Positions 52,032-60,822 of a stretch of 64,000 nt of DNA are shown here, in pieces. This DNA comes from an uncultured Acidobacteriota bacterium (GTDB lineage Bacteria; Acidobacteriota; Vicinamibacteria; Vicinamibacterales; CAVVIG01): positions 2,439,720 through 2,503,719 of the forward strand of contig CAVQEJ010000003.1 of assembly GCA_963711505.1 (NCBI GenBank). The letters are read 5' to 3'. Below the pieces are notes generated by a model. That model had not been told where the DNA came from, made no database searches, and saw only the letters and a program-made list of their open reading frames with translations. A program made the translations under genes and the position numbers. Numbering within the stretch: position 1 is the first letter of the stretch; each line of letters opens with the position of its first letter.

Positions 52032-53963
52032 CTAGCCGCCGCACGACACGCACTTGTGCAGCAGCTTCGCGCCGAGCCGCTCGGCCAGCGCGATGGTCTT
52101 CGGGTAGGGGCTCACGCGCTGCACCGGGCCGTTGGCCATGTCGGCGACCGACTGGCCGCTGCGGTTGAGCGCCTTGATGTTCGCCCCCCTGGACACGAGA
52201 TACAGGATCATCGCGTTGTCCCCGCGGGCGGCGGCGTTGTGGAGGGCGCTATTGCCGTCGGCGTCGCGGGCGTTCACGTCGGCGTGAAGATCCTCGACGA
52301 GGTACTTCACGGCCGCCAGCATGCCCGTGGGCGCGTAGCGGTGATGGTTCGACGTCAGGCTCCAGCCGTAGCCCTCACCCGAGGCCGCGAGCAGCGGCGA
52401 GACGTCCGGTCCGCCGTCGGGCACCGGCGCCATCCCCGACGGGTCCTTCGGGAGGGCCTTCTGCTTGTTGTAGAAGCCGGCCCGGGCCTTCGGCTTCTTG
52501 GTCCAGATGTTCGGGTTCGCGCCGTACTTCACGAGCAGCTTCATGGCCGGCACGTCGTCGCCGTAGGCCGCGCGCCAGAAGGGCGTCGCGCCGGTGGCAT
52601 CCAGCCCGCGCTGATCGAAGTTGTAGGCGGCGTACCAGACCGGCTCCTTCAGCCGCACGTTGGGGTTCGCGCCGTGCTTCAGCAGATCCCGCATCAGCGT
52701 GATGTGGTCGGTCTGCTGCTGCTTGTAGGCGGTCGGCTGCGGATACAGCGCCTTGTCGGACCAGACGCAGTTCAGCACCGCGTAGAGCGGCGTGACGCCG
52801 TTCTTCTGCGCCAGATTCGGGTTGGCGCCGGCCTGCAGCAGCTTCTCGGCCAGGTCGAAGCGGCCGTTGATGACCGCGATGAGCAGCGGGCTCGTGTTGT
52901 CGCCCGGGTCGACCTCGTTCACGTCGGCGCCGTGCTTGAGCAGCGCCTCCACCGTGTCGGTGTAGCCCTGGCGCGAGGCGAACAGCAGCGCCGTCAGTCC
53001 GCCCTGCTTGCCGACCAGCCGCGGGTACTGCAGGAACGGGTTGCTCCCGGCGCCGCCGCCGGCGCCGGCCTGCTGGCCACGGTTGGGCAGCGCGACGACC
53101 GCGTCGCTGGCCCCGTCCTTCTTCGCCTTGCCATCCGCCTTCTTCGGCATGGCGAGCTTGGCGTCCTTCGGCGCGGCCTCGGTCGCGGCCTTCGGGCTCG
53201 CATTCGCCGCGGCGTTGTTCTCGGCCTTGGGCGCGTTGGCGGCCGACTTCTTCGCATCCGCCTTCCGGCCGGCGCCCCCTTGCGTCGGCCCCTTCTTCGC
53301 GCCGGCCTTGCCGCCGCTCTTGAAGTACCGCGAGAAGTCCGGCAGGCGCGGGTCGCCCTTCGGCAGATGCGCCCAGTCGACGGTGCTGGTCGCGGGCTTC
53401 CAGTCGGCCCCGTGGTCGAGCAGCGCGTTGACGACATCGGTCCGCCCGTTGGCGGACGCGAACATCAGCGCCGTCTCGTGCTTCACCTGCTCGGTGGCGT
53501 TGACCTTCGCGCCGGCAGCGAGCAGGTCGTTGACCGCCTGCACGCTGCCCGACTCGGCGGCCAGCATCAGCGGCGTCGTGCCGTGCACGTCGGTGCCGTT
53601 CGCGTCGGCGCCGCCCTTCAGCAGCGCCTCGACCATGGCCGCGTGGCCGTCCTTGGCGGCGATGTCGAGCGCCGTGAAACCGCCCACGCGGGTCGACGCG
53701 CTCACGTCGGCGCCGGCGTAGAGCAGCATCTTCGCCAGATCGACGTCACCGTTGATCGCGGCCCAGTGCAGCGCGGTCATGCCGTCCTGCTGGGCCGCGT
53801 TCACGTCGGCCCCGTGCGTCAGCAGGGACCGGACGGTCGCCACGTTCCCCACCATCGCGGCATCCGCGACCGGTGTGTGGCTGGGGGCGGCGGCCAGGAG
53901 CACGGAACAGCACAGCGCTCCCGCCAGCCCGAGTCCGATACCGCTCATCATTCTCCGCAACAT
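52032..53963 (-). CDS. secreted ankyrin-repeat protein, cassette 3
   Basis: Intact 643-aa ORF. The signal peptide is MLRRMMSGIGLGLAGALCCSVLLAAA, followed by ANK repeats and a long K/A/G-rich linker. The C-terminus is KLLHKCVSCGG*. Confidence 0.9.
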   Translation of the reverse strand: MLRRMMSGIGLGLAGALCCSVLLAAAPSHTPVADAAMVGNVATVRSLLTHGADVNAAQQDGMTALHWAAINGDVDLAKMLLYAGADVSASTRVGGFTALDIAAKDGHAAMVEALLKGGADANGTDVHGTTPLMLAAESGSVQAVNDLLAAGAKVNATEQVKHETALMFASANGRTDVVNALLDHGADWKPATSTVDWAHLPKGDPRLPDFSRYFKSGGKAGAKKGPTQGGAGRKADAKKSAANAPKAENNAAANASPKAATEAAPKDAKLAMPKKADGKAKKDGASDAVVALPNRGQQAGAGGGAGSNPFLQYPRLVGKQGGLTALLFASRQGYTDTVEALLKHGADVNEVDPGDNTSPLLIAVINGRFDLAEKLLQAGANPNLAQKNGVTPLYAVLNCVWSDKALYPQPTAYKQQQTDHITLMRDLLKHGANPNVRLKEPVWYAAYNFDQRGLDATGATPFWRAAYGDDVPAMKLLVKYGANPNIWTKKPKARAGFYNKQKALPKDPSGMAPVPDGGPDVSPLLAASGEGYGWSLTSNHHRYAPTGMLAAVKYLVEDLHADVNARDADGNSALHNAAARGDNAMILYLVSRGANIKALNRSGQSVADMANGPVQRVSPYPKTIALAERLGAKLLHKCVSCGG

Positions 53964-53981
53964 AGCCTCTCTGCTCCCTGC

Positions 53982-55412
53982 CTACGCGGCGGTCGTCGTC
54001 ATCGTGGTCGGGTTCAGTTCAATCGCGGCGGTGCTGTTCTGGAACTTCTCCTTGTGCACCCCGAGCATGTTGAGCGCGGTCAGCCAGACGTTCGCCATCG
54101 GGGTGTTGTCGGGCGCCATCACGTGGTTGCCCCCCCTCAAGGCGCCGTTCGCGTGGCCGAGCATGAAGAGCGGCAGCCGGAAGTGGTTGTGCAGGTTCGA
54201 GTCGCCCATCGGCGATCCGTAGATGAGCATCGACTTCTCCAGCAGGTTCTTGTCGCCCTCCTGGATGCTCTTCAGCTTGTTGGCCAGATACGGCACCATG
54301 CTCACGTGGTAGGAGTTGATCCCCTTGAAGACCTCCAGCCGGTCCTTCTTCTCCTGGTGGTGCGACGTCGGGTGGAAGGCCGCATTCGCCGACTTGGGGT
54401 TGAACTGCGCGGCCCCCGGATAGACACGGCCCGACGCATCGCGGCCCAGCTTGAAGGCGAAGACGCGCGTCAGATCCGACTGGAACGCCGCCGCCATGAG
54501 GTCCATCATCAGGTGGACGTGCTCGTGGAACGAGTCGGGCACGCCGATCGGCGCCTCCGGCAGGTCACGCTGCGCGCCGCTGCTGTTGTGCGCCTCGACG
54601 TTCTGGATGCGGCGCTCGATCTCCCGGACGTTGTCGAGGTAGTCGCCCAGCTTCACCCGGTCCTGCGGACCGAGCTGATTCTTCAGCTGCGCCACCTGGC
54701 CGTTGATCCAGTCCAGGATGCTCGCGTTCGCCTCGCGGCGCTGCGCCCGGTCCTGCGGCGTGCTGCCGAGCCCGAACAGCTGGTTGAACACGGCCCGCGG
54801 GTCGCGGATCATCGGCAGCGGCTCGGTGGACGACGCCCACGAGATCGTGTCCATGTAGACGCAGGCGTAGCCGTAGGCGCAGCCGCCGCCCTGGTCCACC
54901 GGCTCGATGCACAGCTGGATCGACGGGATGGCGCTGTCCTGCCCGTACTCCTTCGCGTAGATCTGGTCGATCGACATCCCCGCGTGGATGTCCGACCCCT
55001 CGGTCTGCTTCGGATGGGCCTGCGTCAGGTAGGTGGCGCTCGACCGGAAGTGATCGCCGCCGATCTCCGGCGCCGACCACGCCTCGGCGGCGTGGTTCCG
55101 CGTGTTGCTGACGATCGTCAGATACTCACGCAGCGGCTCGAGTGACTTGAGGCTCGACGGCGAGAGATCGAAGTCGGTGCCGACGCCGGCCGGCGACCAC
55201 ATGTTCTCCTCCCAGCCGATCTTCGCGCTCCCGGCGCAGCCGTGCACCATCTCCATCGCGACCAGCCGCGGCCGCTCCATCGCCTTGCCCGCCGGGGTCT
55301 TGGCCCACGCGGTCCCCGCGGGGACCATCGCGTCGAGGAAGGGAAGGGCCATGGTCACGCCCATGCCCTTCAGAACCGCCCGTCGGGAGATGTGCTTCTT
55401 GGTAATGAACAT
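53982..55412 (-). CDS. DUF1552 (HxxSHH) family protein with twin-arginine signal, cassette 3
   Basis: Intact 476-aa ORF. It starts MFITKKHISRRAVLKGMGVTMALP and carries FHPTSHHQEKKDR. The upstream gene's stop is linked as TGA-GGAGGAGCG-ATG. Confidence 0.9.
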   Translation of the reverse strand: MFITKKHISRRAVLKGMGVTMALPFLDAMVPAGTAWAKTPAGKAMERPRLVAMEMVHGCAGSAKIGWEENMWSPAGVGTDFDLSPSSLKSLEPLREYLTIVSNTRNHAAEAWSAPEIGGDHFRSSATYLTQAHPKQTEGSDIHAGMSIDQIYAKEYGQDSAIPSIQLCIEPVDQGGGCAYGYACVYMDTISWASSTEPLPMIRDPRAVFNQLFGLGSTPQDRAQRREANASILDWINGQVAQLKNQLGPQDRVKLGDYLDNVREIERRIQNVEAHNSSGAQRDLPEAPIGVPDSFHEHVHLMMDLMAAAFQSDLTRVFAFKLGRDASGRVYPGAAQFNPKSANAAFHPTSHHQEKKDRLEVFKGINSYHVSMVPYLANKLKSIQEGDKNLLEKSMLIYGSPMGDSNLHNHFRLPLFMLGHANGALRGGNHVMAPDNTPMANVWLTALNMLGVHKEKFQNSTAAIELNPTTMTTTAA

Positions 55413-55421
55413 CGCTCCTCC

Positions 55422-58242
55422 TCAGAACCCTTTCTTCACGTGCTGGTCGGGTTGGCTGCTGTCCGCGCTCAGCGCGCCCGCCCTGCTCATCCGGAAGGCC
55501 GGGCTGTTGACGACCCCCAGGACGAACGAAGAGAAGCGGTTCCCGTTGAGTGCCGCCTTGTGATCGATTTCGCGCACGGTCGGCATGTCGTAGTAGTGGA
55601 TCCGCCGGCCGATCGCGTAGGCCATCAGGTTCTCCGTGAACACGTTCAGGAACGTGGTCTTGTGCTCCGTCATGGCCTGCACCAGTCCGGACAGGCCCAC
55701 CATCTTCGTGCCGTCATAGAGCGTCGTCGAGGCATCCACCGGCACGCCGTTGTCCTTGATCCGCCAGTGCCCGGTCGGATCGAAGTTCTCGAGCGACAGC
55801 CCGATCGGATCGATCACCGAGTGGCAGGAGGCACAGAACGGATTGGCGCGGTGCTCCTCCATCTGCTGCCGCACCGACAGCGGCTTGCCGTTCTGCACCG
55901 ACGGCGCCGTGTCGTCCAGGTTCGTGTTGACGCCGGGCGGCGGCGGGGGCGGCGGTTGTCCGAGCAGCACCTCCAGCACCCACTTGCCGCGCAGCACCGG
56001 GTCGCTCCGGTTGGCCACCGAGGTCTCGACCAGGACGCTCCCCTCACCGAGGATCCCGCGGCGATGCGTCCCCTCGAGCGAGACCTTCCGGAACTGCGAG
56101 CCCGCCACGTCCGGAATGCCGTAGAACCTCGCCAGCGGTCCGTTCACGTACGTGTAGTCGGCCGTCAGCAGGTCCATCACGTCGCGATCGCCCTTGACGA
56201 TGCTGTCGAAGAAGTGCTCCGTCTCCTCCTTCATGTCGTCACCGAGCGTCGCGTCGTATTGCGGATACGCCAGCGCATCCGGCCGGACCTTGTCGACGTC
56301 CTGCAGCCGGAGCCACTGGGCGACGAACCGGGTCGACAGCGCATACGAGCGCGGATCCTTCAGCATCCGCTTCACCTGCGCGTCGAGCACCTGCGGCTCG
56401 TGCAGCCGCCCCTGCTGCGCCAGCTTCACCAGTTCCGCATCCGGCGGCGTGGCCCAGAGGAAGTACGACAGCCGCGAGGCCAGCGCCAGGTCGCCGATCC
56501 GGTAGTCCTGCCCCGGCTGCGCCGACACCGGCTCGCGCTCGAGGCGGAAGAGGAAGTGCGGGCTGGCCAGCACCGCCTGCAGCGCCATCCGGACGCCGTT
56601 CTCGAAGTCGCCCTGCTTGCGGCCGAGCTGATAGAAGTGCATCAGCGCCTGCAGCTCGTCGCGTGTCACCGGCCGCCGGTACGCCTCGGTCGCCAGGTGG
56701 TTGACGATCTTCGTGGCGCACGGCGCCTCGTCGGCCTGCGTCACCGGCCGGCAGATGAAGATCTTCCGGCGGCTCACGGTGTCCGACACGCCCGTCACGT
56801 GGAACGGGCCGGTGACGGTCAGATCCCGCACGTGCGGCAGCGTCGTCACGCCCGGGCCGTCGCCGATCTGCGTGTCGGCCAGCGTGTAGCGGTGCGGCGA
56901 CAGCAGGTCATCGATCGGGCCGTCGAAGTCGCTGAGGAAGGCGGCCGCGATCCGGTGCGGCCCGGCCGTCACCTCGATCTTCGGCGTGATGACGTTGAGT
57001 CCGTGCTTGTCGGACTCGCTCATGTGCGGATTGATCGTGAAGAGCGCCACCCGCCGGCCGTCGACCGAGAGCTCCATCTTCTCGCCCTTGACGGTCGAGC
57101 CGTAGAGCTCTCCGGTCGGAACGGCGAAGAACAGCACGTCGAACGTGTAGCTCCCGTCGGCCGGGAAGACCTTCACGACCGACAGGCCGCCGCGCGTGCC
57201 GTACGGCGCGCCCGGCACGTGCCCCATCTGGGAAGCCGTCGTGCTCGCCGCGTAGGTGGTGGCCGACGCCGTGGCGTTCGGGTCGCCGACGGCGAGGCGG
57301 GAGATCTGGTCGGCCGCGTCCAGGTAGCTCTGGAGCAGCGTCGGCGAGAACGTCTGCACGTTCGCGATGTTGTCGAAGTTGTGGCTCATCGTGTCCGGCG
57401 GCAGCCACTGGCTCACGTCCACGTCCAGCCCCAGCATCGACTCCACCGACGAGGTGTACTCCGCCCGGTTCAGCCGCTGGAACGTCCGGAACCCGGGGTC
57501 GGGATGCGCCGCCGCCGACTTGTCGATCCGGTTCTCCAGCGACACCGCCAGCGCGTGGAGCGTCGGCCGGTCCGGCCGCTTCGGCGCGCTCGCCTTCGGC
57601 ATCATCCCGGCCAGCAGCTTCGCGATCATGTCCTCGACCAGCTTCGGGTGCCGGGGCGCCGTCGCCAGATCGAAGTGCTCGAACGACACCCCGCCCGGCT
57701 TCCGCTTGTCGGTATGGCACTGCGTGCAGATCGTGTGCACCAGCGTGTTCTGCGTCGCCACCGACATGTAGTCGCCCTGGTGCGCGAACGCGACGATCGT
57801 CGGCTTGAACGCACCCGACGACGCGGACGACGACGCAGCCTGGCCCGTCGCATGGCTCGGCATCGGCAGCCCGACCGCCTCGGTCGACAGCGTCTCCAGG
57901 AACGCCGACAGCGTCGCCGCATCCGGCCGCGGCATCCCGGCCGGCGGCATCGCCCCCGCCTTCAGCTTGCCGATCATCATCGTGATGATGTGCATGTCCG
58001 GGTTGGCGCCGTCGAACTTCTCGAGCGACAGCCCGCCGGTCACCTGCGCATCGTCGTGGCAGGGCACGCAGTACCTGCTGCACCAGCTTGTTCTGCTGCG
58101 CCACCGGCATCGCGCCCGAGGCGGCCGGCATCGGCGCCGCCGGCGTCTGCAACCCCGCGGCGCTCGCGTCCACCGTCAAGCCGACACTCACGCCCAGGCC
58201 GAGCAGCAACGCGCTCAGAAATCCGAACGTACGCTTCGTCAT
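55422..58242 (-). CDS. tri-haem DUF1592-family cytochrome, cassette 3; one +1 frame change at ~58074 just before the first CxxCH
   Basis: The main ORF is 55422..58067 (881 aa) with CTQCH, FCASCHSVIDP, FQRLNRAEY, SPHFLFRLE and SRLSYFLW. The signal peptide MTKRTFGFLSALLLGLGVSVGLTVDASA...NKLVQQ is in ORF 56908..58329 (ATG 58242). Deleting one base restores QQ-YCVPCHDDAQVTGG. Confidence 0.85.
55692..56116. repeat. near-identical block B, partner of 49266..49690
   Basis: See the partner entry. The offset is about 6426 nt. Confidence 0.7.
57279..58242. repeat. near-identical block A, partner of 50858..51799
   Basis: See the partner entry. The offset is about 6421 nt. Confidence 0.7.
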
Positions 58243-58650
58243 CCGTTCCCCCGTGACGGTCTTCTGAACCCTTGAATACTGCGACAGAATACGGCTCTTT
58301 ATTCGTGAATTCAGCTGGAGATTTTGCACTTTGTTTTCACGAAATGTCAGTGTTTGTTAACCCATAAATATAAGTAACTGAATAGGTTGTAGTTACGGCA
58401 ACAGACTCAGCCGTAGCGGCGGACATGGCGACGCGAGTACCATTCCCGGCAATTCGTCGCTCATAACTAGCTGATAACAAACGACAAATGTGACACGGGC
58501 CCGCGAAGTTTCAGCCGATAAGCTGAACCGTATCTCTCGAAAATATTCAGGGAATTGCTGAGTTCTCGGCGGCGGCGTGCGGGGGATCGGGAGCAGCGAA
58601 CGGAGGCGGATGGTCGGGCGGCCGGCGTGCACCGGCCGCCCGGACTGGCG
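58243..58650 (-). promoter_or_regulatory. AT-rich intergenic region upstream of cassette 3 with a candidate sigma70-like promoter
   Basis: About 300 nt (58260-58560) are far more AT-rich than the surrounding sequence. On the minus strand CTGACA-18 nt-CAAAAT spans 58350..58321. Small hairpins include TTCAGC-cgataa-GCTGAA at ~58509-58526. Confidence 0.3.
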
Positions 58651-59226
58651 CTATTTCGAGCCGCCCTGCCCCTTCTTGCCACCCTTGTTGTCGGGCGGCG
58701 GCATGGGCGTCGGCGTCGAGAATCCCGTGTGGCCGTACTTGCGATCGATGTCTTCGCGCATGTTGGAGACCGAGATGCCGGCTTCGTACATCTTCATCGA
58801 GTCGTAGCCGATCGACAGGCACATCGGACACATGAACCCGTGGTCCTGCCACTCGGTGACATCGCCCTTGTCGTTGCGCGCTTTCACGAAGCAATCCTCA
58901 TTGGACATGTGCCCCAACCGCTCGCATCCGCAGAAGCAGGCGATGTGGCTCAGGACTTCGGGATGCTCGGCCGCGAACTGATAGATTTGCCGGACCTGGT
59001 CCTTCGACCGCGACAGCTGGAACTTCGGCAGCTCGAGCGGCGGCAGCGCCGCCTGCGCATGCGGACCGGGTGTCCCCGGCGTCTTCGCCGCGGGCGGCTG
59101 CGCGGTCCGCGCGGCCGCGTTCACGTCGGCGCCCTGCCCGTTCCACGGGCCCGCCCAGATCGTCAGCCCCGCGATGACCGCGGCGGCCAGCCAGAGCGTC
59201 ACGCGTGCCGGCGTCATCTTCTTCAT
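58651..59226 (-). CDS. PCYCGC-motif family protein (secreted or membrane-anchored)
   Basis: In-frame ATG 59226 of ORF 58651..59307. The signal/anchor is MKKMTPARVTLWLAAAVIAGLTIWA. The motif IACFCGCERLGH matches the PCYCGC family pattern, and there is an additional CPMC. Confidence 0.75.
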   Translation of the reverse strand: MKKMTPARVTLWLAAAVIAGLTIWAGPWNGQGADVNAAARTAQPPAAKTPGTPGPHAQAALPPLELPKFQLSRSKDQVRQIYQFAAEHPEVLSHIACFCGCERLGHMSNEDCFVKARNDKGDVTEWQDHGFMCPMCLSIGYDSMKMYEAGISVSNMREDIDRKYGHTGFSTPTPMPPPDNKGGKKGQGGSK

Positions 59227-59358
59227 CGTCTGCCCCCTCACTTCGTGCCCGATCGGCGCGTCGCGCGCCACCCGCTCACGGCGCGAACGCCGCCGCCGGC
59301 ATGACACCGGCCGGCTTCTCCATCTTACGCCAGGTGCCCGCGCGGGCCCGGCGCGGCC

Positions 59359-60645
59359 TCATACCTTCCATTCGGATCCGGTAATCAGCCGCGCGCCCCG
59401 CTTCGAGAACAGGTAGCTCCACGTCCACTCGGCCAGCACGGCGACCCGGTTCCGGAAGCCGATGAGGTACAGGATGTGGATGAACAGCCAGGCGACCCAC
59501 GCCACGTAGCCGGTCAGCTTCAACCGTCCGGTAACGGCGATCGCCTTGTGCTTGCCGATCGTCGCCATGAGGCCCTTGTCGACGTACCGGAACGGCTCGC
59601 GCGCGCGTCCGTGCACCGCGGCCAGGATGTTGCGCGCGGCCGCGCGGCCGGCCTGAATCGCAACCGGCGCGAGCCCCGGCAGCGCCTCGCCGTCCTGCTC
59701 GGCGTGCGCGAGATCCCCGACGACGAACGCCTCGGGATGTCCGGGGATCGACAGGTCGGGCTCGACCTTCACGCGTCCGGCGCGGTCGAGCTCCGTGCCC
59801 AGCGTCTGCCCTATGCGCTCGGCCCGGACGCCGGCAGCCCAGAACACGCTGCGCGCCGTCACCCGATCGCCGCCGATCGCCACGCCGCCGGCGTCGACGA
59901 CGTCGACGGCCGTTCCGGTGCGGACCTCGACACCGAGATACGCGAGGTCGGCCGCCGCCCGCCGGGCCAGTGCCTCGGGAAACGCGGCGAGGATCCGCGG
60001 GCCGGCCTCGACGAGCACGACGCGGGCGCTCGCCGGATCGATCCGCCGGAAGTCGCGCACCAGCACCGTGCGGCTGATGTCGGCAATCGCGCCAGCCAGT
60101 TCGACGCCGGTCGGGCCGCCACCGACCACGACGAAGGTCAGCAGCGCCCGTTGCACCTCGCGGTCGAACTCGTTCTCGGCCGCCTCGAACGCCGACAGGA
60201 TCCGCCGCCGGATCTCGATCGCCTGCTCCAGCGTCTTCAGCCCCGGCGCGTACGCCTCCCACTCGTCCCGTCCGAAGTAACTGTGCCGGGCCCCGCAGGC
60301 GAGGATCAGGTAGTCGTACGCCAGCTCGACGTCGCGCCGCCCGTCGCTGACGGCGAGCCGGCGCCCGTCGAGGTCGACACGCGTCACCTCACCGAGGTGC
60401 ACGGCGACGTTCGGATCCGTCGAGAACTGCGACCGGATCGGCACCGCGATGTCGGCCGGGTTCAGGCCGGCCGTCGCCACCTGGTACAGCAGCGGCTGGA
60501 AGAGGTGATGGTTGCGGCGATCGACGATCGTGACGTGCACCGATCGATCCGCCGCCAGCACCTTGGCTGCCGTCAGCCCACCGAAGCCGCCGCCCACGAT
60601 CACGACCTCGCGCCGACCCGCGTCCGCCCGCCTGATGATTTTCAT
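59359..60645 (-). CDS. ndh: type II NADH dehydrogenase (NDH-2), FAD/NAD(P)-binding
   Basis: 428 aa with VVIVGGGFGGLTAAK, HLFQPLLYQVATAGL and FVVVGGGPTGVELAG. Confidence 0.9.
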   Translation of the reverse strand: MKIIRRADAGRREVVIVGGGFGGLTAAKVLAADRSVHVTIVDRRNHHLFQPLLYQVATAGLNPADIAVPIRSQFSTDPNVAVHLGEVTRVDLDGRRLAVSDGRRDVELAYDYLILACGARHSYFGRDEWEAYAPGLKTLEQAIEIRRRILSAFEAAENEFDREVQRALLTFVVVGGGPTGVELAGAIADISRTVLVRDFRRIDPASARVVLVEAGPRILAAFPEALARRAAADLAYLGVEVRTGTAVDVVDAGGVAIGGDRVTARSVFWAAGVRAERIGQTLGTELDRAGRVKVEPDLSIPGHPEAFVVGDLAHAEQDGEALPGLAPVAIQAGRAAARNILAAVHGRAREPFRYVDKGLMATIGKHKAIAVTGRLKLTGYVAWVAWLFIHILYLIGFRNRVAVLAEWTWSYLFSKRGARLITGSEWKV

Positions 60646-60822
60646 GGATGGCCTGCCGATCCGGCGCGCACGGCGCCGACAGGTTCATGATAGCCCACGC
60701 CCGCCAGACAGGACCCTAACATCATCTCTATCAACACATTACCGCAAACACCACTCCCGGTGGACACGCCGCCTGGAGCCACCGGCCTGTCACCCCGGAC
60801 GCCTGGCGTGCATCTCTGCAGC

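Noticed and set aside
58060-58085. Programmed +1 ribosomal frameshift at the shared extra base in DUF1592 copies 2 and 3.
   Set aside because: No known slippery or hungry-codon context is present; the sequence is CAG CAG GUA CUG. Copy 2 carries a second extra base at the same spot, and the window is full of other +1 insertions. An inherited or technical lesion is more likely. The observation itself is reported as a finding.
58260-58560. tRNA, other small RNA gene or IS remnant in the AT-rich island.
   Set aside because: I could find no T-loop (GTTCGAATC-like) or cloverleaf arrangement. There is no transposase-like ORF and there are no terminal inverted repeats. The region is kept only as a putative regulatory region.
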